A stretch of 63,995 nucleotides of DNA, filler included, from Piedraia hortae CBS 480.64 (lineage: Eukaryota), in the NCBI GenBank assembly GCA_010093745.1. It is 14 parts of 13 records of this genome, joined end to end, with 100 filler letters (N's around TTAATTAATTAA, not from the genome) between each part and the next. Parts side by side here need not be neighbours in the genome. Positions count along the whole stretch, not along the records: positions 36,456 to 37,574 come from MU005999.1; positions 37,675 to 39,517 come from MU006005.1; positions 39,618 to 49,075 come from MU006015.1; 11 more parts are not named here. One strand, written 5' to 3'. A program made the translations under genes and the position numbers. This document shows, piece after piece, positions 37,326 through 48,028 of this stretch; positions within the stretch are counted from its first letter, which is position 1, and each line of letters starts with the position of its first letter. The notes beneath the pieces were generated by a model. The model saw only the letters and a list, made by a program, of their open reading frames with translations. It was not told where the DNA came from and ran no database searches.

Positions 37326-37574
37326 CTACTTCTTCGGCGCGACACCAAACTGCTTGTTGCCACCATCAAACACAGCGAGGAAAGGCTTGAGGAAGACATC
37401 ACCCCAGATCTGGACATCCTGGCCCTTGTTGCCTTGCACACCACCGAAGCACTTGTCACCCTGCTGGGCGTAGGTGATGGCCGAGCCGGGGATGACGGCC
37501 ATGTAGTCGCCGATGGAGACGGCGAGGTCGGGGAGCTTGGCGTTGCAGTCGTAGACGTAACCGCCCTGGGACTG
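37326..37574 (-). CDS. C-terminal part of a pepsin-like (A1) aspartic protease, cut by contig end; absent from the ORF track
   Basis: GGYVYDCNAKLPDLAVSIG...CFGGVQGN...IWGDVFLKPFLAVFD...FGVAPKK*. Confidence 0.88.
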   Translation of the reverse strand, partial: QSQGGYVYDCNAKLPDLAVSIGDYMAVIPGSAITYAQQGDKCFGGVQGNKGQDVQIWGDVFLKPFLAVFDGGNKQFGVAPKK

Positions 37575-37688
37575 NNNNNNNNNNNNNNNNNNNNNNNNNN
37601 NNNNNNNNNNNNNNNNNNTTAATTAATTAANNNNNNNNNNNNNNNNNNNNNNNNNNNNNNNNNNNNNNNNNNNNTGTATATATTAATC

Positions 37689-39435
37689 TCAAACAGCCCA
37701 GCAGGATCGATTATCTTGCGTTAGCATGTGGATATTTTCAATCCAGCGATTGCCATATACGCCGTCTGTGGAGTGTCTCCAAGCAAACCTTTCAACGCTT
37801 TCCCATTCTCTCCTGGTTGCATCAGGCACCCAAACATTTCGGCATTCCACAGTGCAGAAGTGTTGTACGTTTAGGACATTGGAGATCGAGCCCACATGCA
37901 CTGTTGTGAATCGCTCACGGGAGGCCAACAAAGGAAATCTAAAGGTGCCACGCTGGTTTCCTAATGTGGTTGTATAAAATTCCCCAAGATGGGCGACGTG
38001 ATTGGCTGTGCCCAGCTGTCTCAAGAGAAATCTGAGCCGGAAAATAGCCTGACCACCACATTTGACAAACGACCCAACACTGCATTTGACAGGTGCATGC
38101 AAGCGGGTAAATGCATTGTGCGAGTTTTCGGGACCAGCCCAAGCCAAACTTCGTAAAAAGCCCATCATGAGCTGGCAAATCTCCTGGCGGCAATTGTATG
38201 CTCACCGTGTGGGTCGGTGCAGCCGGTTCAACGGGAAGGCCCAGCAGACGTCGCATCCTCGGCTGGTTGAGAGCCTCGATACACTTCTCCCCGGCCTGAG
38301 TCATATGTGTGCCATCATGACACCACCAACCCCGGTTGGCAAGATAATTTTGAGCCGCTTCAATTGACGCATAACCAGCGGCATCAAAGGAATTTGCTTG
38401 ATGGTTTGAGTGCCGTACATAACTCCGCAGGTGCTGATAGAGCGACTCTGGGGTCTCCGAGGATGTTCCGCGGTGGGCCAAATCTGCGCACCATTTCAGG
38501 CACATGAACAAGCATATGAAGCTTTGTTTTCTTTCTGATGCTGTCCAGACCCCAGACGTCGGTCCATAGCTGAAGCATACGTTCGTAACGATGCTTGAAC
38601 GGTGCTTCCCACCGGTTAATGTCTTCGATCTGTCTAGAATATATCATCTTGGCAAGATCGGCTGCGACGCACCACAGCAGCAGGAACCTACTGACCGGAT
38701 CCGTCCGTCCCCTTGAGGAATAGAAGGAGACCAAAGTTGCCGGCCAGATCTCGATCAAGGCCCGAAAATCCGAGCCCACAAAGGACTGGCTCCAAAGCAG
38801 GATCTGTTGCGCGTCCAGAAAACTGTTCATCCCATCCCGGCTTGAGGAGGCTACGCAGAGAGCCAACTCCTCAAAGTCTGACTTAATCGTCGGGTGATCC
38901 AACGACTGGTGCCAGAGGCTTCTGACAAACCCCAGTGGCACACCATGCAATATTTCAAATGGAAAATCCTGGTGCGGATTAAATCCTTCCAAGTGGTATA
39001 GTGAGGAGATTGGTGGCTTGATGCCATTCTCAGTTCTCTAAAGTGCCCGAGAGTACTCTTTGAATCTGGGTGCTGCCACCGAAACCACATCTTGCCACGA
39101 CGTAGCACTTGCTTTGTTGAACAAGCAATTGCGACAAGAGCAGTTACTCGTGTGCTGATGGGAGATCACACCAGAAACTGCAGGAATGTCTGCGAACGAC
39201 CTGCACTCTCTTACGCCGAGGATCAAAAGCTTCGATTCCCCGTTGGAGCCGGACGAACTCAGGAGTGAGGCTATCAATCATTGTATTGCCCTTCATCCTT
39301 GCCCCAACAGCCACGAAATGGTTGGCAGAGGTATGAAAATTTTCCCTGAAAGTCATTAGTGACCGTACCGCATTGGTTGCGAATGCAGAATAGCACTCAC
39401 TGCACGTGACTTCCCGGAAAAGGTAAGTGACCAAA
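37689..39435 (-). mobile_element. CACTA/Plavaka-like transposase, frameshifted
   Basis: ADIPAVSGVISH...CRNC, FNPHQDFPFEILHGVPLG, KLHMLVHVPEMVRRFGP, SNHQANSFD across frames. Confidence 0.7.
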
Positions 39436-39517
39436 TATTATAATTGTGAGCAGATGTGTACCTGCATACAAATCTCTACGGAAAACTAGTTGACGCGTGA
39501 AGTCGAGAGCCGAGCGA
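39436..39517 (-). repeat. Partial Copia LTR nested in the CACTA-like element
   Basis: Matches LTR consensus and abuts the transposase frame. Confidence 0.95.
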
Positions 39518-39617
39518 NNNNNNNNNNNNNNNNNNNNNNNNNNNNNNNNNNNNNNNNNNNNTTAATTAATTAANNNNNNNNNNNNNNNNNNNNNNNNNNN
39601 NNNNNNNNNNNNNNNNN

Positions 39618-39876
39618 TGCCTCGAATGGCGTTCCAGCCTTGAGAATGACAGCTCTTTTTCTTTCGTAGCTCATGGTCTCTGGAAGCTCCGCTTTCGCTT
39701 CGAGACTCAATTTGAATAGCGCTTGTTAGCGGTAGAGCCCGGGCTCATAACCTATTATAATTGTGAGCAGATGTGTACCTGCATACAAATCTCTACGGAA
39801 AACTAGTTGACGCGTGAAGTCGAGAGCCGAGCGACGGTTACTAATAATGCGCGTAATATACCGCATATTCACAACA
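39618..39876 (-). mobile_element. 5' end of Copia element (LTR 39753-39876, PBS, gag-like start), inserted into a kinase gene
   Basis: Matches the copy ending at 19197. Confidence 0.92.
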
Positions 39877-40629
39877 ATGTTTCAACTCCTGACAGGACTG
39901 CTGTATCTTCATCAAAGCTGGGTGATGCATCGCGATCTCAAGCCGGCAAACATCATGGTTACATCTCAGGGTCAGGTCAAGATAGGTGATCTGGGCCTAG
40001 CGAGGATTTTCCGTCAACCTCTTCAGCCGCTGTCTACAGGCGATAAGGTCGTTGTCACTGTCTGGTATCGCGCGCCAGAGCTGATATTGGGCACGCGTCA
40101 CTACACGCCGGCAATCGACCTCTGGGCCGTGGGCTGCATCTTCGCCGAGCTGATCAGCCTTCGGCCCATCTTTAAGGGTGAAGAGGCAAAGCAAGATGGT
40201 AAAAAATCCGTTCCCTTCCAAACGCATCAGATGGCCAAGATTGCTGAAATCTTGGGTCTCCCTCGCGCATCAGAATGGTCACTTCTGACAGCCATGCCCG
40301 AATATACGCAGCTGAATGAAGTAGCCCTCCAATACCCTTCGGTTGTGAAGCCCATGGGCTTGGAAAAATGGTTCAGCGAGACTGTTGAGGATAACAATTA
40401 TGGGGACAACGCACCCGAAGACACAGCCTTGGATCTGCTAAAATCTCTTCTGACGTATGACCCTATGCGCCGTATCACTGCAGAAGAAGCACTGGCCCAT
40501 CCTTACTTTGCATCCTTCCATGTTAATGGTGAAGACTTGGGTTCACCACGCAATTGCTTCCATGGGATAGACATGCGTTATCCAGCTCGGAGAGTCAGTT
40601 CGGAATCCGACATTGTGACAAGCAGATAA
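39877..40629 (+). pseudogene. SSN3: C-terminal lobe of Mediator kinase CDK8/Ssn3, N-terminal part separated by the retrotransposon
   Basis: MFQLLTGLLYLHQSWVMHRDLKPANIMV, KIGDLGLAR, GDKVVVTVWYRAPEL, PIFKGEEAK...KSVPFQ. Gly-loop and VAIK lysine absent from this contig. Confidence 0.85.
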
Positions 40630-40880
40630 CAGGTGGCCAAGGGCGTTGATATCCTACCTCATTGGAGATTCTGGGGAGGTTCAAGATGTAAGACCGCGAT
40701 TGGGCATATGTGCATGGAAAAGCAAATAAATATGCACAATGGATTGCAAAGGCAGTGAAAACAGTGACAAACAGCAGCTTCGACATATACACGCAAGTTT
40801 GCGCATCGTTCTCTTCGATGGCACAAATGCAAACTCAGCCAAGAAGAACAGCCCATTACACACAAGTCTATGCTACTGAT

Positions 40881-42278
40881 TTACAACAAAGCGCCAACCA
40901 AAGTGCCAGCGAGGACTACGGCAGTGCAGACAAAAGGTCCAATGCTGATGTCGCCCGGCCTGAGAGTCCCGGCGGCACCAGAAGCGGTAGACGAGGAGTG
41001 TGAACCGGTAGAGGATCCCGAGCCAGCACTGTCCGAGCCGCCCGTGCTGGACGAGCCACCGTGGGCGCCCGAGTTCGTGGCCGTCTCCGTCACTTTACCG
41101 CTGCCAGCAGAGGCGGTGCTCGAAGACCCGCCGCCAGCATTCTGAGAGCCTTCACCAGTGAATCCAGGGCCCTTACCAGCACCCTTTTTCAGGTACTGCT
41201 CGGCATCCTTGGGCATGGCGGGCAGAGAATTGCCGCTGAAGCTCGTTACCTGCCACGTCTTGCTGTTGGGTGGGCAGTTGCTGGCTTTGCCGTTTGACTG
41301 GTAGCCGCCGTCGCCTTGCGGGGGCGGCGTATTCTTCAGGGCAGACTGCAGCGCCGTAAAGTCCTTTTGCTCCGACACGGATTGGCCGTTGATTTTGACC
41401 AAGCCGTATCCATTATCCTCAAGCGAATATTCGTACACGAGACCGCCGCTGTACACGGGCGTCATGTCCTTGCCGTACAAAGCCGCGACCTCCTGGAACT
41501 GGCGCGTGTTGGTGATGCAGCCGTACTCGGACAGAAACAGCGGGAGACTGTAGTCCTGGAACTTCTTCACCTTCTGGTCCCAGCCGGACTGCTGGTAGCT
41601 CGAGGGATCACACCACGAGTAGTCGTTGAATGCAAAGAAGTCACTGCGGGCATCGTCGGTGCCGCAGTTCATGTACTGGGCCATTTCATAGCGGTTGCTC
41701 TCAACATCGGCGGCCGAGTAGCCGACGGGGATCTTGCGGTAGCCGCGACTGCCAATGTACTGGCGCAGATCACGCGTGACGGCCTTGACGTAGGGCGCAG
41801 CGTTGGTCGTCTTGTCATCGTTGATGACCTCGTTGCCCGAGAAAAAGAGCAACGTGTTGTCATAATTGGCAAACGCGTCGACCGTAGCGAACAACGACTG
41901 CAGGTACTTTGCGTTATACGAAGGGCCCGGATTGGCGCGGTTCAGCGAGTACTTGGGCGTGTTGACGTCAAGGGCCAAGTAGATGCCGGCGTCCGACAGA
42001 GCCTTCATGCACTCGTCGTGATTGGCCGAATTGTCGACCATGTACACGCGGATCGTGTTGATGCCGAGCTTCTTGAACTCTACAATGTCGCGCTTGCATG
42101 TCTTGGGGTCTGCAATCGGATCGTACAGCTTGGACGAGCCACCGGGCTGGTAGTCGACGCCGCGAATGTAGAAACGCTGGTTGCCGGCGAAGAACGCGTT
42201 TCCCTTGACCGTCACCTGAGGCGTGGACGCCGTGACGAGAGCGGCCGACGCGGCCGTCAAGACAATGACACCCTTCAT
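40881..42278 (-). CDS. GPI-anchored 1,3-beta-glucanosyltransferase (GH72, Gel1/Gas-like)
   Basis: Signal peptide, FYIRGVDYQPGG, FSGNEVIND, FLSEYGC, YSGGLVYEY, Ser/Gly-rich linker, hydrophobic tail. Confidence 0.96.
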   Translation of the reverse strand: MKGVIVLTAASAALVTASTPQVTVKGNAFFAGNQRFYIRGVDYQPGGSSKLYDPIADPKTCKRDIVEFKKLGINTIRVYMVDNSANHDECMKALSDAGIYLALDVNTPKYSLNRANPGPSYNAKYLQSLFATVDAFANYDNTLLFFSGNEVINDDKTTNAAPYVKAVTRDLRQYIGSRGYRKIPVGYSAADVESNRYEMAQYMNCGTDDARSDFFAFNDYSWCDPSSYQQSGWDQKVKKFQDYSLPLFLSEYGCITNTRQFQEVAALYGKDMTPVYSGGLVYEYSLEDNGYGLVKINGQSVSEQKDFTALQSALKNTPPPQGDGGYQSNGKASNCPPNSKTWQVTSFSGNSLPAMPKDAEQYLKKGAGKGPGFTGEGSQNAGGGSSSTASAGSGKVTETATNSGAHGGSSSTGGSDSAGSGSSTGSHSSSTASGAAGTLRPGDISIGPFVCTAVVLAGTLVGALL

Positions 42279-42873
42279 GGTCGGGGTGGATCTGGGGAAT
42301 GCTAAGAGTGATGGGGAGATTCTAGACGTGAAGGGTCCGAGAAATGCTGGACGTCACGTAGAAAAGTACTGGGCAGGTACAGGCGTCAGGCCAAGAAAAA
42401 CAAGAGGTCAAACGAGTGTAACAAAGTGAGAGTCTTGACAGTGTGGAGGGGTGAAGAGACAAAAAACTGCAGGAACGCGGACGGAACGCGCGTTACATAC
42501 GCCCCCCTGGGCATTAGTGGCGCAGTGGCCATGGGTCCCGGGTCCAGGGTTATTTTCGCGGACGGACCCCACGGAGCCGCGCGCCCCACCCATTTCCGTT
42601 ATCTCAGATGTCGCTTGGCTGTGGCTGAACGACGTTCGATTGGCCCGTTACTCGATGAGATGAGGGTTTACAGCCGATTAAGGGTCTCCTGACCGATTAA
42701 GGGGCACATACGGACACGGCATATCATAGGTGACTGACCGGGGGAATAGTTGAATTATCTTCATGACGGCACCCATATTTCATCATAAGCTACATACACA
42801 CCCCGTTCGCTATGCACCAATTAACTCAAAAGTGCCGTATCCCATCATAAGCCATAATTTTGGGCCGAATATA

Positions 42874-44805
42874 TCACATAGACCGCAAGGATTGCTTGCT
42901 TTTGGAACGCCAAAACATCAACTTCTTCAGCCCATGCTCGCGCGCCGACTGAGATGCTCCCAACGCATCGCCCGTGACTTGCTTGTCAGACTTTGGCCGC
43001 ACTCCAAACGACCCACCCATCAACTGCGATAAGCTCTGTATGCTGGATCGTTTACGGCGTCGTTCCTGTGAGCTGTCCCCGCTAACATCCCGTCGTGAAG
43101 CGTTGACGTGTGTCGTGTTCGTCATAGTAGATAAGGTGCTGCTTAAGGACGGAACCTCAACCGAGGAACGGTGGCCGTCACAGGCCGAACTCGCCGTCGA
43201 CTGATTGGCCACAGAAGACGCTGGGGTGCATAGTCGCAGGGCTTCGGAAGAGCTGGTGCGGCGAGTGGGAGGAGAAGGCCAGGGCGAGGAGCACGTTTCG
43301 GGCGTCGATGGCAGCGGCGCTACGCACTCTATCGGTACTCCCGAAACTGTGGACGTACCGCTCGAACGTGACGACTTGGTTGCCGTAGATGTGGGTGGTT
43401 CTTCGTGCGCCTCGACAACTTGAACCAGCACAGGCGCTGTCTCTTCTTGTTCTTGTTCTTCTTCCTCCTCGTCCTCGCCCTCAAACACGTCAGCCAACGA
43501 ACATTGTGAAGATATTCCCCGAAAGCTCGTCATGGGCAAGGCCGGCGCACTCTCACTGCGGCGATGAAGGCGTGGTTGGAAATGCTGCCCTGGCCCAGAG
43601 AAGTCACAGTTCAGTCGGCTGCTGTGCAATTCCCGCCTAGGGCGGTGTTCGGCAAGTTCCGCAGGACATACGGCCCAGTCCAGGTCAATCATGTAGCACT
43701 TCTCGTCTTCGTCAAATACAGATGCCCCGGTCGCGGCACTTGTTGTGCAAGGCGTGTACGAGTGTCGGTTCGGTGTGGGTCCAAAAGGGTCCTGGTTGGC
43801 GGCTCCATGAAAAGAACTACCACCCGCTTGTGTGGCATTCCGCTTTCCAACGTTCGTTCTATACGTCCTGTTGCTTTGTGGATATGTAGAGAGCTCCCTG
43901 GTCGTAGGTGGTGATCGAGCCTTTTCGGTGTCGGGATCAGACAGTCTACGGGACAGATGTGCACGCGGTGACCGCAAAGGCACCGAGACAGCGCTCGCCT
44001 CTGATAATAAAGCGGGCGGTACACGAGCAGCAGGCGACGATGAGGTGTTGAGGCTCAGCACCGAGGAAATGCTGTTCGAAACCGAGTGATGGCGAGGAGA
44101 AGAGAAGGAGCTCCCAGTGTCGGAGGAAGTGATCGATAGCGGTCGTGGGATGTACTCCACATTCTCTGAGAAGCCAACGCGTGCGCGAGTGGGTGGACTG
44201 ACCGGCGGTTCAGGCTGGGTGTCGGTGTCGGGACCGCCGGGTGGTGGGACAACAGGAGACGAAGGTAGACTAACGCTCTTGCGATTACCAATCAGTGGCA
44301 CCACAATCATATCGCCGCCATCAAGAGCGGCAGAGCGTCGATGGGCGTGTCCACGGCCGGAAAGAAGCGGTGCAGAGAGCGAGCTGACCGCCGCTGGTCT
44401 CTTGAGCGGACTTGAGCTGATCGAGTGCCCAAGCCCTTGCCGGGAGTCGCCACCGACAAACTCGCTACCGTTGCGTCTATGACCTCGGTGCGATGGCGTT
44501 GACGGCGCGACCGCATCACTATTAAGCTCCGAAACGTCATCGCAGAGGCCGGACGCATCCGAGGCGTTGAAAGTGAAGTTGGGCAGAGCTGAGGCGGCGC
44601 GAGTATGCGAAAGCACGATTGACGGACGCAACACCGGCGGAGCGTGTGTGTGCACCGAGGCCGGGCGGCGCGGCGGGAAGGAAAAGTCAGGGTTGCGAAC
44701 CATTTCCACCGAATCGCGTGGATCCCGCGCGTGGCCAAGGGCGCCAGCCATGCCGCGACCGTAGATGAGGTGTACAGGTAGGTATTGATGCTGTCTGTGG
44801 ACCAA
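42874..44805 (-). CDS. Conserved fungal Ser/Pro-rich low-complexity protein; start uncertain
   Basis: 643-aa ORF with motifs LPNFTFN, HRRNGSEFVGGD, HAHRRSAA, RVGFSENVEYIPRPLS, HRRSESAP. Confidence 0.75.
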   Translation of the reverse strand: MVHRQHQYLPVHLIYGRGMAGALGHARDPRDSVEMVRNPDFSFPPRRPASVHTHAPPVLRPSIVLSHTRAASALPNFTFNASDASGLCDDVSELNSDAVAPSTPSHRGHRRNGSEFVGGDSRQGLGHSISSSPLKRPAAVSSLSAPLLSGRGHAHRRSAALDGGDMIVVPLIGNRKSVSLPSSPVVPPPGGPDTDTQPEPPVSPPTRARVGFSENVEYIPRPLSITSSDTGSSFSSPRHHSVSNSISSVLSLNTSSSPAARVPPALLSEASAVSVPLRSPRAHLSRRLSDPDTEKARSPPTTRELSTYPQSNRTYRTNVGKRNATQAGGSSFHGAANQDPFGPTPNRHSYTPCTTSAATGASVFDEDEKCYMIDLDWAVCPAELAEHRPRRELHSSRLNCDFSGPGQHFQPRLHRRSESAPALPMTSFRGISSQCSLADVFEGEDEEEEEQEQEETAPVLVQVVEAHEEPPTSTATKSSRSSGTSTVSGVPIECVAPLPSTPETCSSPWPSPPTRRTSSSEALRLCTPASSVANQSTASSACDGHRSSVEVPSLSSTLSTMTNTTHVNASRRDVSGDSSQERRRKRSSIQSLSQLMGGSFGVRPKSDKQVTGDALGASQSAREHGLKKLMFWRSKSKQSLRSM

Positions 44806-47228
44806 TATGCGGCTCGTGCCTGATGCGGGGGGTTTGGTCGGCGTGGGGGAAGCACGCGTGCGAGACGCGACTTTCGCTGCCGGAGCGAGTGGGCGTTAGC
44901 AATTAAGGAATGGACGGCTCTCGCCAAGAAGAAGAGTGCGGCGTGGAAGGATGTAGCAGAGGCGGAGAGGGTGCGAGAGCCAGAAGGAGCGACTGAAAGT
45001 GAGTGAGTGGGTGCAAGAGCGTTAAGGAGTGAAGCGGGAGATGCGATGGCTCTTTCCGCAAAGTTAAGCTTTCTCTTTTTGCCCCTCCAACAGGGATGCG
45101 AGGCCCGAGCGTGGGAACGCTGATTTGACGCAATGACATGGCAGCGTTAGGGAATGCTGGCGCTGGCTCGCTTCCACGTCCTCTTCAGTTGGTAATTTAC
45201 CCTCATAAATTGCTCTCATCAGTGCCTCCCATCTTTTCGTCCCTATGTACATTTCATCTTCCTCTTCTGCTTCGCGCAGGTCCCTGCGTCGGGCACAGCG
45301 ATCAGCCGCACGCGAACAACCTTGATACGCACGTGATCCGATGATGTGCATCGCCAATCTAAGTCAATTAAATCCCCCGCAATACCATGAGGAGTTGAGG
45401 TGGCTGTCTCTTGAGAGAACGTTCTGCATCTGACATGTGCTCAGAAGCTGTTGCTCCTATTTTCATGCGCTCCTTACAGAATTCACAACTGCAAGCCTCT
45501 GGGCCGAACTTGCCAACTAAATCAGCCACCTAAAACCTGCATTGTTCATGTCGAGATGTTCAAAATTTACTCGTCCTCAGATTGCTACCGCTTCCACTGC
45601 CCCACCCGCGTTCCGCTCCGTCCCGTTCCCGTTCCCCACAGTCCCCACATGTCATGAAGGACCCACTTGCTTCCCCCGGCAAAGACACACTAAGCTCGTT
45701 TCATTCGCAATCTAACCTATCTGCAGGCTATGATACGTCCTTCCACTCTGTGTTACTGCGCAAAACCACGTGCTTGTGCGCGACAACACTCAGCCTGACT
45801 ACCACATAACCAACAATCGCCCGAAACCAAACCTTCGGACTCCGCAACATCTTTTGCTTCTGCCTTGGCTAATGGGCCTAGGTAGAATAGTCTGATAGTT
45901 CACGGCGCTCGTTGTCTCGCCTCCATCCATTGCCCGTGATTCCGGCCGTCTATAACTTAATGCACCCGTCTATTAGCTCGCTTAAGTATGTTGACTCCAC
46001 CTGCACATGAATTCTGCGGGCTGTACGATCCATGTGCCGCATTGTGCATGTGCCACCCTTACCTCCACCATGTAACCTCGAATGGATGCGAAGAAATAAA
46101 AGGCACCTTATTTCGAGCCTGATATCCAGAGTGGGCCAAAGGATGTTAGGAGATATTTGACGATACTTGCGGCATAATAAGGAAAATCTACAAAGTCCGG
46201 TGCCTGAAAATATTGCCAGTGTTCAGCCACATCGTTGAGTGATGCGTAAGAATTCAAATTCGCCACAAGCTTGTCAGTAATGTCTTCGCCAGGGTAGTAG
46301 CTTGAAAGTCGTCGTCGCGATCTTTAACGATGTTTCAAGAGGTCAATCTGCTCAGCTTCGCCAGTTGCCAATTTCGACAATCATATCCTGATATCTGGCC
46401 AGGCATTAACATAGTCGCGGTGGGTTACGAAGTGAAATTCTAGAACTAAACCGCCCCACAAATGTGGATCGAAGAATCCTCCTCGTATGCGCAAGGCATA
46501 CTAGGTGGATACTTGCAAGAAGCTTAGATTCCATACATCGCTGTAACAGCGAATGAAGAAAGTCACGCAAATCCTTTTAAATCCATCGGTTTGTAAAGCC
46601 TCTGTGTTAGTTGATGCGTTCTTGGTATGAGCGGTGATTTCTTAATGAGCGTCATTTTCTCTGGCGCACACGCCCCTGGATCAATAGCTTTTGAGTTGCT
46701 AAGGCGGCGTAATCAGCAGAACAGAAGCTCTTTTGGTGAGTCCTGCTCCGTTTGGATGATGCGTGCCTAAATGGCATCCAATGAGGGCTGCTAGTCGGGA
46801 AATATCGCCAAGATTAGAAAAAGACAGTGCCGATACTAAAAGGGATTTTGGAGCACTTCACCGAGTCGATCAACAGCTTGGCGTCTCAGAGGCCGAACTT
46901 GGGCCCCTACAGCCTCTATGTGGTTCTCTCTGACTATCAACAATAAAGGCATAGCGTTAGAGAATGTCATTCCGTGTTATGATCATTTGGGCCTTTGCGT
47001 GTGCAGGCAATTCCGTCTTTGTAGCCCATGAGCATAATTGTTTCGAGGGGAGCTCGATAAATCTTCTATAGCGCTTGATAACAAGACAGACCCTGAGACC
47101 TAGAAAGAACTCAAGGTGTTGTGAAGCACAGGTGATGTTGCCTATGGCACGTGCGTTATACCTGTCTCGCGCGGAAAGCTCCGCAGTCAACCGACGTCAA
47201 CGTCGAAGACAATAGGCGCAGCCCAGCC

Positions 47229-48028
47229 ATGTCGACCATGATGTCCACTAGGCTAGGTCTATGGCCACAGCGGACTGTAATATGCTCGGCGGTTTCAGCA
47301 GCTTCGGCAGCTTCGGCGTCTGCTCACTGCCTGGCTCAGCAGCGCCGACTGTCCAGCAGCAAAGCATCCTGTCCACCCGCCAGCAGTAACGGACCGCCTG
47401 CAAAGGCGCCTTCGGCTGCTGCACCAGGCAGACCACGGACAAAGTATGCAGCATCGCTACCACGAGCACCTGATGTGCAGCATCTAAACCGACATCGTGA
47501 GTTCTTTGGTCGTACAGTCATGGGCGGCGGTCATGGCTAACGTGCGCAGAAATCGAAATCGCTTCTTTCTTTGCCCTCCACCGGCCAATCTCGGTCACGT
47601 CGGCCATTCCGGCGCCGGCGTCAAATGAAACTTTCCACAGCATTTTCAAAGCCCGCAAGCGCTCGGCAGTAGCCGGGACCGGCGACGAAGCACCCCAAAT
47701 GCATAGTCGACAGGTGGAATCATGGGTCGCTCAGCTGCCGCCATTCCAACCGCCGCATCCCCCGTTGCCGGAGTCGGAACTTGTGCAGCTTTCGCCGGAG
47801 GTCGAAAACAAGCAACAGCAGCAGAGGCGCTTCCGCGCCACTTTTGAACTGGTGGAAACGACCAGCGAAGACGGCCACACAACATACACTGCCACATCAT
47901 GGCCAACCGAGGTAGACATGCAGCTCATCTCGGTACGAAGGCAGCGTAAGTTGAAAATGAAGAAGCACAAGTTCAAGAAGTTGAGAAAGCGCACACGCAC
48001 GCTGCGCAGGCGGCAAGGGAAGACCTAG
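47229..48028 (+). CDS. COX24: Mitochondrial small-subunit protein mS38/Cox24; intron 47497-47549
   Basis: Mitochondrial-type N-terminus, ASFFALHRPISVT, basic tail ISVRRQRKLKMKKHKFKKLRKRTRTLRRR. Confidence 0.88.

Noticed and set aside
41316..42305. 329-aa + strand ORF
   Set aside because: Antisense shadow of the GC3-rich GH72 gene.
45400..47100. Long ORF-poor stretch
   Set aside because: No recognisable motif, RNA gene or repeat; probably promoter plus decayed sequence.
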